Virus record (IMG/VR): IMGVR_UViG_3300020428_001187
Span: 4,245 to 68,244 of that record
DNA length: 64,000 bases
Direction: 5' to 3' (one strand)
From: a virus
The notes under the pieces are model-generated. The model did no database searches. It was not told the DNA's origin and saw nothing but the letters and a program-made list of their open reading frames with translations. Shown one piece after another: positions 10,041-19,744 of the stretch (the stretch's first letter is position 1; the number at the start of each line of letters is the position of its first letter). The position numbers were made by a program, and so were the translations under genes.

Positions 10041-11531
10041 ATGAAAGATTGGAATTCAGTTTCAGTAGACAGATACTATGATACCCTTAATGTAGGTAAC
10101 GAAGTAGCCATTGGCATACTTGATATTTCACGAGATATTCCAGATAAGTTTGTACAAAAACGTTGTTTTGACATGACATACTTTTATATTAATCGTATGA
10201 TTAAGATGGGGTATTGTAAGTATGTAGGATCTAGTAATAGTGTTAAAACTATTTTAGAAAATGCAATCAAAGAAGATAAAAAGTATTGCATGATTGCCGC
10301 ACAGGGATTACTATTAACTAGAGGACCAAGCCTCTTAGATCAAAGTTTAAGTTACGCAAAAGATAATCCTAATTTCTTTGTTGTAGGTCATATCATGGAC
10401 AAAACAAAACAACATTACCTTACAAAAGGTGCGTATCCAGGATTACATAGACAGTATCTATTTGTAAACGTAGACAAGTGGGTAGAACTAGGTAAGCCAG
10501 AGTTTGACGAGATTGGTGTTTATAAAGATAGAAAGCCCAAGTTACAAAACTTTAAATTAAGTGAAGAAACTGTTCATGCTGATTATACACCTGCTTGGAT
10601 TGACTTTGCTGAATCACAAAAACAATGGGAAATAACTTCAGACGGATCTAATTGGATTGACATAGCCTTAAGAGAAGGCATAAGAATAGATAACTTAACT
10701 AGCGATATGAGAGCTTGTAAAATATTTTTATATCCGTATAACAAGTCAGATATATTATCAAAGAGCTGGATACACAAAGATTATTGGCAAGTAGATGAAT
10801 TAAATCAAAGCCAAAAGGCTTGGTTACGCAAACTAGACTATCAAGAGAAGATAGAAAAGAATCGTGTTTATGCTTTTAACACAGAAACACTTTCAAGCGA
10901 AGGAATACGTACAACACAACCTATTGAACATTTGTTTAGTGCGGCCGCAGGATTTAAACCACTTGCAATATTAAACGCAAATAGATTTCATGATCGTACA
11001 ATGGAACACCCTGGTACTAAGGTACATTACTTTGATTGGTGTGATGCTAGTTTATTGTATAAAAGAGACCTAATAGAAACATGGGATGGCTACGATTTAC
11101 ACCTATGGCTATTGGAACACGACCTAAACTATAACTTCAGTTCAACATATAGAGGCAATTACGAGTCGTTTTGGTTACAAGAAGTTGAAGAACATGGTGG
11201 TAGAGAAGCATTTAAAGAGCTATGGGATAGATATGTAGAACTAGATCATGCTTACTATAAGATTGATATTGTAAATGAACCAGAAGAACTATTTCATATA
11301 ATTAATGCACAACAAGGTAACAAAGTGTTATGGACTACAAACATTTGGTCAAGCGAAATGCTTCATTGGAATTTAGAACCAGAAGTATTAGAAAACAAGT
11401 TTAAAAAATTTAGAGAACTAGTACCTAATGATTTAATATTATATGGTCACGATTATGTTGCAATGGATTTAAGACAAAGTATAAGGAACACAGATGGAAC
11501 AACACACCCAAGATTTCAAACGGTACATTGA
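10041..11531 (+). CDS. Hypothetical 496-aa protein
   Basis: Long ORF in operon with RBS; no motif I can assign confidently. Confidence 0.55.
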   Translation: MKDWNSVSVDRYYDTLNVGNEVAIGILDISRDIPDKFVQKRCFDMTYFYINRMIKMGYCKYVGSSNSVKTILENAIKEDKKYCMIAAQGLLLTRGPSLLDQSLSYAKDNPNFFVVGHIMDKTKQHYLTKGAYPGLHRQYLFVNVDKWVELGKPEFDEIGVYKDRKPKLQNFKLSEETVHADYTPAWIDFAESQKQWEITSDGSNWIDIALREGIRIDNLTSDMRACKIFLYPYNKSDILSKSWIHKDYWQVDELNQSQKAWLRKLDYQEKIEKNRVYAFNTETLSSEGIRTTQPIEHLFSAAAGFKPLAILNANRFHDRTMEHPGTKVHYFDWCDASLLYKRDLIETWDGYDLHLWLLEHDLNYNFSSTYRGNYESFWLQEVEEHGGREAFKELWDRYVELDHAYYKIDIVNEPEELFHIINAQQGNKVLWTTNIWSSEMLHWNLEPEVLENKFKKFRELVPNDLILYGHDYVAMDLRQSIRNTDGTTHPRFQTVH

Positions 11532-12147
11532 AAAACATGAACCTCTTGACTTAGGCTTTAAAGTTAAGAAACTGTTTGAAGTTGATGTAGATAAAATACA
11601 AACTTGGTATAAAGACCTTGAAGAAAATTTTTCTGATTGGAAGTTTGTTATAGGTGAGAATCATCATGTGTGGAAGTTTCCTATTAGTGACCCTGAAGCA
11701 AAGACAGGACATTACTTGCCAGACGATGCGGCCTATTATACACTTTGTTGGAACAGTGATGAACCAGGACCTAAACCTTTTGAACAAGGTTGTGCAAAAG
11801 AAGAATACAAAGATAACGATAACGATGAACTAAATCCTCGTAAATGTTTTACTGGTTACGGACTAGAGCTTGTAGAAAAATTACCTATGCGTAGTAAGAA
11901 GTGGTTAGTAACTATACACACGCCAGGTACTAAACTAATTACGCATCAGGATAGCACAGATAAGATTAGAGTACACATACCTATACACACCAATGAAGAT
12001 AGTAATTGGATCATAGGCGGAGAAGAGTTTCATATGGAACCAGGTTGGGCTTATCTAGTAAACACAACAATTCCTCATAGTGTGGAAAACAAAGGTAGTA
12101 CAAATAGAATACATCTATATGGAAAGGTTTGGACCAATGACATATAG
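11494..12147 (+). CDS. AspH-like 2OG/Fe(II) oxygenase
   Basis: THQD, RVHIPI, PHSVEN, RIH. Confidence 0.85.
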   Translation: MEQHTQDFKRYIEKHEPLDLGFKVKKLFEVDVDKIQTWYKDLEENFSDWKFVIGENHHVWKFPISDPEAKTGHYLPDDAAYYTLCWNSDEPGPKPFEQGCAKEEYKDNDNDELNPRKCFTGYGLELVEKLPMRSKKWLVTIHTPGTKLITHQDSTDKIRVHIPIHTNEDSNWIIGGEEFHMEPGWAYLVNTTIPHSVENKGSTNRIHLYGKVWTNDI

Positions 12148-12889
12148 TTTAGAATATTTAAATAGCAAGGATTGGGATATAATAGAATTAGATTGGAATC
12201 TTGATTCTTTATTCTTACAAAGCTGGTATGAGCAAGTACATGAGCAATACAATCATCTATATTTTAGTTGGCGTAAAGAAGAATATTTAAAAGAGAAATA
12301 TCATTTAAAAAACATAGACACAGCATTTGCAGGAGAAGTAGGATCAGAAGGCAGAGGTGTACATGATGAAGGGTATCATATAATAAAATATATTAAGGAT
12401 CAATTAGAAATACCAGAAGAAATATTAGTAATGGAGATCAGTTGGTATTGCGAAAAGGAAATTCCTTGTACTCCTAAATGGGCAGGAAGAGAAGACCTAT
12501 ATCCAGAACTAATTAATCCAGGTGAAAAATCTGTTCAGGAAAAGTTTAAGTTCGGATACTTTAAAAAATTATATGATCAACTAGGTGAAGCTGTATGGAG
12601 AGATACAAGTATTAGACATCATCAACCTGGTGTTGTATTAGGAAAACACATCGACGGGCCAGACGTACAACGATTGCACATACCAGTAGACAGTGATCCA
12701 AATGCTTTATTCTTGTACGGAGAAAATTTAGAAAGAGAATATAACATGAAGCCAGGCAAGGCTTATGTAATTAATGCCGCTATTCCACATGGTACAATTA
12801 ATAAAAGTAAAGAAAGTAGGGTGCATATACAAACAAAACCTACACACGAAAACTTATTAAAGATACTTAACAAGGAAATAACTTTATGA
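12137..12889 (+). CDS. AspH-like 2OG/Fe(II) oxygenase
   Basis: KHID, RLHIPV, PHGTIN, RVH; start reassigned to ATG 12137. Confidence 0.85.
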   Translation: MTYSLEYLNSKDWDIIELDWNLDSLFLQSWYEQVHEQYNHLYFSWRKEEYLKEKYHLKNIDTAFAGEVGSEGRGVHDEGYHIIKYIKDQLEIPEEILVMEISWYCEKEIPCTPKWAGREDLYPELINPGEKSVQEKFKFGYFKKLYDQLGEAVWRDTSIRHHQPGVVLGKHIDGPDVQRLHIPVDSDPNALFLYGENLEREYNMKPGKAYVINAAIPHGTINKSKESRVHIQTKPTHENLLKILNKEITL

Positions 12890-13467
12890 ACGTAGCGATA
12901 ACAGGTAGTAGAAAAGGAATTAGACATTCGGGTAGTTACATACTCAATTGGCTACATGACTATTTTGCCAAGTTATCTAAGTACCAAGGTTATAATGTAA
13001 CGCAATTAAGCAGAGAAACAGGGTATGATTTTAATGAAAACTTTGACGATATTGTAAATGAAATATTAAAAAATGATGTGTTTGTTAATGCTAGTTGCAT
13101 AGACGACTATCAAATAAAACTTTTAAATGCAGTATACGGTAAAGTAAAACATATTATTTGTATAGGTAGTATTGCTGGAGACTTTAATACTGACGAAGAT
13201 TATGCTAGAGTAAAACGCAATCTAAAGCAAAGATGTAAGATGCTACCTATTGAAACATTAAATACACATACGAATCTATTTCACATGACAATAAGCGAAG
13301 TAGAAAAAGACGGTAAAGGAATGAGTCAAGAAGAGTTTAACAAAGTGCTAGACTTTTGGTTTGAAAATCCTACAATAGCAAATATTGACTTTAAGCATTA
13401 TGTTGAAAGTTATGATGATTGGAAGAAAGAAAAAATAAAAAGGATAGTAGATGAACAGAGATCTTAG
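12886..13467 (+). CDS. Short SDR-like Rossmann oxidoreductase
   Basis: VAITG, DVFVNA, IICIGS, YARVK. Confidence 0.7.
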   Translation: MNVAITGSRKGIRHSGSYILNWLHDYFAKLSKYQGYNVTQLSRETGYDFNENFDDIVNEILKNDVFVNASCIDDYQIKLLNAVYGKVKHIICIGSIAGDFNTDEDYARVKRNLKQRCKMLPIETLNTHTNLFHMTISEVEKDGKGMSQEEFNKVLDFWFENPTIANIDFKHYVESYDDWKKEKIKRIVDEQRS

Positions 13468-14041
13468 AGTACTAAAGCCTAGAATAGATATAAACGAGTT
13501 ACGAAACTTCTTTATAAGTCTCCAGCATGACCATAATGATATGAGGTGGGTATGGGAAGGCAATGAAGAAGAAGGAGTTGGTGGACATAAACTTAAAGGA
13601 GTAACCGGTTGGGCATTACAAAGTAATCTAGAAGATCTAACTAAACCTTGTCCTCCTTATAATATCACTAAAGAAGAAAAACAGGAATATAAAGATACTA
13701 AATGTATGTTTGGATTAGCAAAGAAGTTACAGGAAAAGTTTCCGTTCGCACATCAGTTTAGTGTAAGTGTACACCCGCCAGGAGCATTAATAAACTTTCA
13801 CAAGGATACTGATGATTATCTAAAGGTGCATATTCCTATAGTAACTAACAAGAAAGCATATTTTACGTTTGAACCTAATAGGAAATACGTATTACCTGCT
13901 GATGGGCGTATGACTCTTGTTAATACTAGCATACCACATGGTACACATAATGAAGGCGAAACAGATAGAGTTCATTTGTTTTTTAAAGTTCCTAAAGACA
14001 AGGAAATGGAATTGCTTAAATACAAAGAGGAAACACTATGA
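13451..14041 (+). CDS. AspH-like 2OG/Fe(II) oxygenase
   Basis: FHKD, KVHIPI, PHGTHN, RVH. Confidence 0.85.
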   Translation: MNRDLRVLKPRIDINELRNFFISLQHDHNDMRWVWEGNEEEGVGGHKLKGVTGWALQSNLEDLTKPCPPYNITKEEKQEYKDTKCMFGLAKKLQEKFPFAHQFSVSVHPPGALINFHKDTDDYLKVHIPIVTNKKAYFTFEPNRKYVLPADGRMTLVNTSIPHGTHNEGETDRVHLFFKVPKDKEMELLKYKEETL

Positions 14042-14742
14042 TAATCAAAAATTACGATCCTAAAGACATTGGTTGGAAAATGCTATATGAAGAAGATCAT
14101 TGGGGAGCGATAGAATTAAATTTAGATCTTGATGTAGATAAACTACAAAAGTATTACTCTGATGTAAAGAAAAAATTTAATCATATGTATTTTGATTTCT
14201 ATAACTTTCCTGATAGATTAAATGTTGAAGTTAGTAAACAATATATGGACTTAGGTTATTGTGGTTACTACTGCGGTCCTATTAGTGGATACACACTAGC
14301 ATGGCCAAAAGAAAGATACGAACCATTACCTCCTCCTAGTCAAGCTAATACAGATATGTTTCCTGAAACACTTGACCCAGAATTTTATGATAAGTGTAAT
14401 ATATTGCCTAAGTATCGTTTTGATTATATGAATGATTTAATCGAAATGCTAGGAGAAGAAAGTTTTAAACAATGTATAATCACAGTACACGGTCCTGGTG
14501 CAGAAATTAAAACACATAAAGATAGTAGTGTAAAGAAATTACATATACCTTTAGAAACAAACGAAGAAGCAGTTTTTTGTTTTGGAAAAGATAGAGAAGT
14601 AAAGTATAATATGAAAGTTGGCAAAGTTTACATATTAAATACCAATGCTTACCATGGAACAGAAAATCCAGGTAAAACTGATAGAGCTCACTTTTTAACT
14701 AGAGTAGACGAAACTAAAATTTTAGATATATTAGCATTATGA
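14038..14742 (+). CDS. AspH-like 2OG/Fe(II) oxygenase
   Basis: THKD, KLHIPL, YHGTEN, RAH. Confidence 0.85.
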   Translation: MIIKNYDPKDIGWKMLYEEDHWGAIELNLDLDVDKLQKYYSDVKKKFNHMYFDFYNFPDRLNVEVSKQYMDLGYCGYYCGPISGYTLAWPKERYEPLPPPSQANTDMFPETLDPEFYDKCNILPKYRFDYMNDLIEMLGEESFKQCIITVHGPGAEIKTHKDSSVKKLHIPLETNEEAVFCFGKDREVKYNMKVGKVYILNTNAYHGTENPGKTDRAHFLTRVDETKILDILAL

Positions 14743-15845
14743 AAATAACAATAGTAGGTGGTGGAACAGCTGGTTGGATGACTGCAAGTTATCTTGCAAA
14801 GAAAACTGATTGGAACATCACTGTAATACAAAGTGAAGATATTCCTATAATAGGTGTAGGCGAAAGCACGTTGCCTAGTATGTACGACTTTATTACAGAA
14901 CTAGGACTAACAGAACAAGACCTATTTGACCATTGTGATGCAGTAAGAAAATATACAATATGTCATAAGGATTGGCACAACAAAGAATGGTGGCACCATT
15001 TCTGCTTTGATGAGTCTGAACATAGAGAACAGATTGAATGGATGCGTAATTATACAAAGCCTACTAAAAAGTGGCGTCATGCTTATCATGTTGATGCTAA
15101 CAAGTTTGGTATTATGCTGAGAGATAAGGTTGCACTACCAAACGGTGTAGAACTTATTAATAAAACACTTGATACTATAGACGACCTTGATGCAGATTTA
15201 ATTATTAATTGTGCTGGATTTAGTGATCTGTTTCCTGCAAAAGAAATGATTAAAACTAACCTAAAAAATAATTGTGCCATAGTTGCACCTAGTTACGATA
15301 AGATGTTAAAATACTATACGGAAACTACTGCATTAAGTAACGGGTGGATGTGGAATATTTACTTACAGAATCGCATTGGAAACGGATATGTGTTTAGTAA
15401 AGATCATCAATCAGTAGAAAGTGCCAAAGCAGAATTTATAGAAAAATGTCCTCACAAATTAGAACTAGATAAGTTAAGAGTGATTGAATGGGAAAGTCAA
15501 TATTGTCCTAACCCCTACGAAGGTAACATTTTAAATATAGGATTAAGTGCAGGATTTATTGAACCGTTAGAAGCTCAAGCAATATGGCTAATACAATATC
15601 AAATTGAAATGCTAGTAAGACTAGTGGACAAACCTAGTGTGTATAACAAGCAATGGTTAAACGTAGTAAAACACGTAGAAGAATTCTTAGAACTTCATTA
15701 TACTGCTACAAGTAAAGACACAGACTATTGGAAAAATGAAATGAAAGAAATTGTAATTAAAAAGAAACCTTTTACAATTTTTGATCAATATTCTTATCGC
15801 TCTTTAGCGAGAGGTTACGCTCTTCCTTATAACGTTGAACATTAA
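14739..15845 (+). CDS. Flavin-dependent tryptophan-halogenase-like protein (compact)
   Basis: GGGTAGW, GVGEST, GWMWNI (WxWxI), RIGNGYV, GFIEPLEA. Confidence 0.85.
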   Translation: MKITIVGGGTAGWMTASYLAKKTDWNITVIQSEDIPIIGVGESTLPSMYDFITELGLTEQDLFDHCDAVRKYTICHKDWHNKEWWHHFCFDESEHREQIEWMRNYTKPTKKWRHAYHVDANKFGIMLRDKVALPNGVELINKTLDTIDDLDADLIINCAGFSDLFPAKEMIKTNLKNNCAIVAPSYDKMLKYYTETTALSNGWMWNIYLQNRIGNGYVFSKDHQSVESAKAEFIEKCPHKLELDKLRVIEWESQYCPNPYEGNILNIGLSAGFIEPLEAQAIWLIQYQIEMLVRLVDKPSVYNKQWLNVVKHVEEFLELHYTATSKDTDYWKNEMKEIVIKKKPFTIFDQYSYRSLARGYALPYNVEH

Positions 15846-16344
15846 TACGCCATAAGTTCTGCGGTACATTATATAATTCTATTTGTTGATCTAAAGACCA
15901 AATACCACGTTTAGCTAGTAATGGCATCATAGTATTATTCATACGTTGACTCTTACCACCATCGTCGTTTATATTTGTACTAATAAACAAGTCTGCTGAC
16001 TTAGGTGCCCATTCTATTTGTAAGTTTAGTAAGTAACTTAATTGTATACCTGTCTTAAAAATATCTCTTCCTGTACCTAGTGTGTATCCTGGTAGTTGAG
16101 CTCCGCGGAACAAACATCTATAACAGTTATGTCCAGCTTCAGGCAAGTCATGAATACCTGCAATACTAATAATTTTATCTTCATGAATTGCAACAGTCCA
16201 TGCACCATTGCGTAGGCACCATTCCCATTTCATTGCTTCTAAAGATGTATTGTTTGAATAGTTCTGTGATTTACAAAACTGTTCTACTAAAGGTCTATCT
16301 CTTTCAGTAGCAAGTCTAAAAGTTGTTTTTCCAAGTATGTCCAT
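15772..16344 (-). CDS. GNAT-like acyltransferase
   Basis: N-terminal FRLATERD, beta-strand pattern IISIAG; overlaps the convergent halogenase 3' end. Confidence 0.45.
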   Translation of the reverse strand: MDILGKTTFRLATERDRPLVEQFCKSQNYSNNTSLEAMKWEWCLRNGAWTVAIHEDKIISIAGIHDLPEAGHNCYRCLFRGAQLPGYTLGTGRDIFKTGIQLSYLLNLQIEWAPKSADLFISTNINDDGGKSQRMNNTMMPLLAKRGIWSLDQQIELYNVPQNLWRINVQRYKEERNLSLKSDKNIDQKL

Positions 16345-16993
16345 TTGCTTCTTTTAATCTACCGTGGTATTCTTTTGTGTCCATGTTAAAAATATCACCA
16401 GTTGATCTGCCGTTGATAATACAATGTTGAAGGTTAGTGCCAGTAGCTTGTAATGGCATAAACATCACATGATTCTCTTGATGATTTATAGTGTTGAAAT
16501 CAAATGCAGGTGAATCATAACCTATCATAATTGGTGGAGGAAACTCAGTCATGCCGTACCAGTTCGCGACTTTTTGAACTCCCTTATTTTTAAATTCATC
16601 TATAAAATTTTGGTCTATTTTTGAACTGCCTGTAACCATGTATTTGACGCAACTCATATCCAAATCCTTAAAGCCTTTAGTGCCTAATAACAGTTCTAAA
16701 TGACGTGGTATTAACGCAATATACGTCGGTTTAAAGCGTCTAAATAAGTCGAGGTAGGTGTATGCACTAAAGTTGCTAGAAACGTACTGTGCGCCGCTTA
16801 AAAACGCAGGAACACCGGTGATTGTGTAGTGGGCTATAGTGTTCGCAGGAAACACATCTAGCACTCTATCCTCTTCAGTCAATCCAATTTCTTTAATGCT
16901 TTTGGTCGCACATTTCTTAATATGATCCCACGAATGGGTCACGTCTTTTGGTTGGTCTGTTGACCCTGATGTAAAGAGAGTTATAGAGCTCAT
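16316..16993 (-). CDS. Miniature AMP-binding (ANL adenylation) enzyme
   Basis: FTSGSTDQPK P-loop, WYGMTE, TGD; only 225 aa. Confidence 0.8.
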   Translation of the reverse strand: MSSITLFTSGSTDQPKDVTHSWDHIKKCATKSIKEIGLTEEDRVLDVFPANTIAHYTITGVPAFLSGAQYVSSNFSAYTYLDLFRRFKPTYIALIPRHLELLLGTKGFKDLDMSCVKYMVTGSSKIDQNFIDEFKNKGVQKVANWYGMTEFPPPIMIGYDSPAFDFNTINHQENHVMFMPLQATGTNLQHCIINGRSTGDIFNMDTKEYHGRLKEANGHTWKNNF

Positions 16994-16998
16994 ACTGT

Positions 16999-17006
16999 TA
17001 CTTATT
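16999..17006 (-). promoter_or_regulatory. Late promoter variant (AATAAGTA), leaderless arrangement
   Basis: AATAAGTA-ACAGT-ATG(16993). Confidence 0.55.
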
Positions 17007-17037
17007 TTTAAATTGGTTTGGAAAAGTTAAAGCTGAA

Positions 17038-18408
17038 TTAGTGTAAGTCGACCCAAGCAACACCAGTACGTAATTGTAACTTACTTAATGTAGTATTGTA
17101 AATTACCATACCAGCACTTACTGAAGATAGTCCGTCTCTTTGAGTAGTTGTTAAGTTAGCAAACTTAACTGTACTTGAAAATTGTGCATCACCAACAACA
17201 TCTAAGTTAGCACCTGCAACATCACCTGGAGCACCGTTAACTTTTAAACGTCCTTTTGCATCAAATGACATAGCTTTTAAAACTGGTGAACTTCCTGTTC
17301 CTGCATTACTAATGAATAGTAATTTACCTTTAACTTGGTCTGATGCAACAGTCTCATCTGGATCAACTTGGAATGCCATAACTGCTGATGGAATAAAAGC
17401 ACTTGTATTTGTATCCCATGATTGAGCCGTTAATGCACCATTCCAGTCACCTGCTGTTGGATCTACTGGAGTTACCAATGATCCATGGTAAGCTGAAAAT
17501 GTTAACTTACTTGTATTGTTAACACTTGTTCCTGCCTTGTTGACAAAGTTAATTGGAGCACTTGCATCTGCTGATGTAATTTTAAATGTAGGACCAGCTG
17601 AGTCTGTAGTTTTACCTAGTTTAACTTCTGTTACATTGTTAAGCTCAAGTTGATTCTCAACAAAACTTACAACGCCATTGTTTAGGTTTACTCTACTGTT
17701 GACAGCATCAACTAATACAGTTGAATCGTCACCAACAATAGTACCTTTGAAATTTCCTGTAAATGCTTCTGCATTAATAACAGGAGCACTAATAGTTCCT
17801 GTTGCCGTAATAGCACCGGCGTTTACTGCCTTTGAAGTTGCATTAAAGAAGCTAGTGTTATCAGTTGCATTAACATCACCTTTGAAAGTACCTGAAGCAT
17901 TAATGGCTCCAGTTGCTTTATTTAAAACTACTGTAGAATCATCTGCAACGATATTAGCATTTACTGATCCAGCATTAATATCATCTGTTACGTGTAAAGC
18001 ACCAAAGTAACCAGCACCCCATCTTAGTACACTTGAACCAATGTTCCTTGCACTATCAACGTCTGGTAAAATATGTGATTCAACTTTGGCTGTTAAGTTT
18101 AATGTATCTGATGTAGCATCACCAACAGTTAAGTTACCACCTAGTGTTAAATTACCGTCAGCAGTGATGTTTCCAGTAGCAGTAATATTTCCAGTAATAT
18201 TAACGTTACCTGTTCCAGTTAAGCTATAATTGTTTAAGTCTAAATTTGAACCTAATGCACTACCGGCTGTATCAACGGGATTACCACCCGCAGTAGCACC
18301 GTCACCTATAAACAGTTTTTTAGTATCTGTAGTATAGATTAATTCACCATCAGCTGGCGTTATAAGCCCTCTTTGTGAGTCTGTACCTCTTCTTAGTTTT
18401 AATGCCAT
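17038..18408 (-). CDS. Tail fibre / virion structural protein
   Basis: N-terminal LKLRRGT...GELIYTTDTKKLFIGDG fibre-anchor motif, G/N/T-rich repeats, C-terminal GMVIYNTT; perfect late promoter upstream. Confidence 0.8.
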   Translation of the reverse strand: MALKLRRGTDSQRGLITPADGELIYTTDTKKLFIGDGATAGGNPVDTAGSALGSNLDLNNYSLTGTGNVNITGNITATGNITADGNLTLGGNLTVGDATSDTLNLTAKVESHILPDVDSARNIGSSVLRWGAGYFGALHVTDDINAGSVNANIVADDSTVVLNKATGAINASGTFKGDVNATDNTSFFNATSKAVNAGAITATGTISAPVINAEAFTGNFKGTIVGDDSTVLVDAVNSRVNLNNGVVSFVENQLELNNVTEVKLGKTTDSAGPTFKITSADASAPINFVNKAGTSVNNTSKLTFSAYHGSLVTPVDPTAGDWNGALTAQSWDTNTSAFIPSAVMAFQVDPDETVASDQVKGKLLFISNAGTGSSPVLKAMSFDAKGRLKVNGAPGDVAGANLDVVGDAQFSSTVKFANLTTTQRDGLSSVSAGMVIYNTTLSKLQLRTGVAWVDLH

Positions 18409-18435
18409 TTATATAACTCCTGGATCTGTTATATG

Positions 18436-18443
18436 TATTTATA
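18436..18443 (-). promoter_or_regulatory. T4 late promoter TATAAATA
   Basis: Exact T4 gp55 consensus upstream of the fibre gene, followed by AGGAG SD. Confidence 0.8.
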
Positions 18444-18457
18444 CCTTTTTAGTAATA

Positions 18458-18769
18458 TTACTTACGATGCTTGATGAACTTTGTGGTGCGTTTTTGTACA
18501 TCTTTTTTAATACGATCAGTATCTAGCTTAAAATCAACGTGCTTAATACTGCTATCATAAGTATTAAACAGTTCTTTTAGTGTTTTTTCCAAGGATTTAA
18601 CAGGGTTCTTTTTATCGTCTACTGCTATATCCCAAGCCTTACCATTAGTAAAACGAACTCGTAATGAGTGTAAGTACTCTAACGGTATGGCGTGAACGTC
18701 AACGTCTCCGAATACATCGGGCCATTTGTTCACAACGTCGGGTGGAAGGCGTTTGCTACGCCTTGGCAC
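18458..18769 (-). CDS. Hypothetical protein
   Basis: ORF tiling with neighbours. Confidence 0.6.
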   Translation of the reverse strand: MPRRSKRLPPDVVNKWPDVFGDVDVHAIPLEYLHSLRVRFTNGKAWDIAVDDKKNPVKSLEKTLKELFNTYDSSIKHVDFKLDTDRIKKDVQKRTTKFIKHRK

Positions 18770-19355
18770 TGGATTTGCCTTTTTTCGTAGGGCTTAAATC
18801 CTCAGCTTCTTTACGTAGTCTTTCAGCTTCTTTGAACATACGATCAGCATCTGCTCTCATGTTCTTAGCTAGATCTTCGTCTGTTAAAGGTTGCTCGTTT
18901 GCCGCGTCCACAGTTGCTGATGCTTCTCCTGATGGCATAGTTGTTGCAGTTGCTACTTCTTCAACTGAACTACCGCCAACCGCTAGGTCCTTAACTGCTA
19001 CACCTTTTTGCTCTGCGATGACTTTGTTTAGTTCATCAAGACCAATAGTAGTCTGTGTATCTGGTGTCATTTCAATATCTGAAGTTTTCACCTTAGTTAA
19101 TTTTCCGTTAACGTGGAAGTTTGCTAACATAATACTACCGTCTCCTAGTGGAGTACGTTGCATAGCATCTGCTAGTTCATCAGCACTTTGACCAGTGTTA
19201 CTTTCTAACATATTGATCAATGTGTCGTGTTCTGAATCACCTAAGTTTTCAGTTTGTACCACTAAAGCACTTTCTGGATCATCAGGTAATGTTCTAAAAA
19301 CAACGGCAACTTTTCTTCCGTTACCTTTGAATCTTCCTATATGTTTTAGGGCCAT
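18756..19355 (-). CDS. Hypothetical protein with C-terminal coiled coil
   Basis: ORF with GGAGAGG SD, stop/start coupling. Confidence 0.65.
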   Translation of the reverse strand: MALKHIGRFKGNGRKVAVVFRTLPDDPESALVVQTENLGDSEHDTLINMLESNTGQSADELADAMQRTPLGDGSIMLANFHVNGKLTKVKTSDIEMTPDTQTTIGLDELNKVIAEQKGVAVKDLAVGGSSVEEVATATTMPSGEASATVDAANEQPLTDEDLAKNMRADADRMFKEAERLRKEAEDLSPTKKGKSSAKA

Positions 19356-19693
19356 TATTTTACCTCTCCTGTAGCAGGATCAATTGGCTCACTTACCGGA
19401 GCAGTTGCTGGTGCAGTTGCTGGTGCTGGAGCATTTGGATCTTTAGCTACTTGTTGATTTTGAATTGAAGTTAGAAACGCCTCTAGTTTAGAATACGTCT
19501 TTCCAACAGCCTCAAGTTCGTTGGCTTTAAACGCCCCACGACTTTGTGCTACTTCAATGATTGTTTTCAATACCCCTAAGTCTTGAACTGTAAGTTCTTG
19601 AACTGGAGCATTAGCAGGAGCACCCGTCGGTGCAGTTGCCATACTTGGTTCCGGAGTTGCCGGAGCCGTTGCAGTTTTATTTTCTTCTGACAT
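19355..19693 (-). CDS. Hypothetical protein with Ala/Pro/Thr-rich ends
   Basis: AGGAG SD; late-type AATAAATA at 19739-19746. Confidence 0.65.
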   Translation of the reverse strand: MSEENKTATAPATPEPSMATAPTGAPANAPVQELTVQDLGVLKTIIEVAQSRGAFKANELEAVGKTYSKLEAFLTSIQNQQVAKDPNAPAPATAPATAPVSEPIDPATGEVK

Positions 19694-19744
19694 TTATGTC
19701 TCTCCTATTAATAGTAGTATAATTATATACCTACTTAATATTTA

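Noticed and set aside
15772-15845. 74-nt convergent overlap as antisense regulation
   Set aside because: 3' overlaps are common in compact phage genomes (also 3329-3348); no further support
17678-19191. Plus-strand ORFs opposite the fibre and neighbouring genes (likewise the other antisense ORFs in the track, e.g. 52587..53204)
   Set aside because: Shadows of codon bias on the coding strand; no SD or motifs
19355-19693. APATAPATAP repeats as a repeat element
   Set aside because: Low-complexity protein linker, not a DNA-level array
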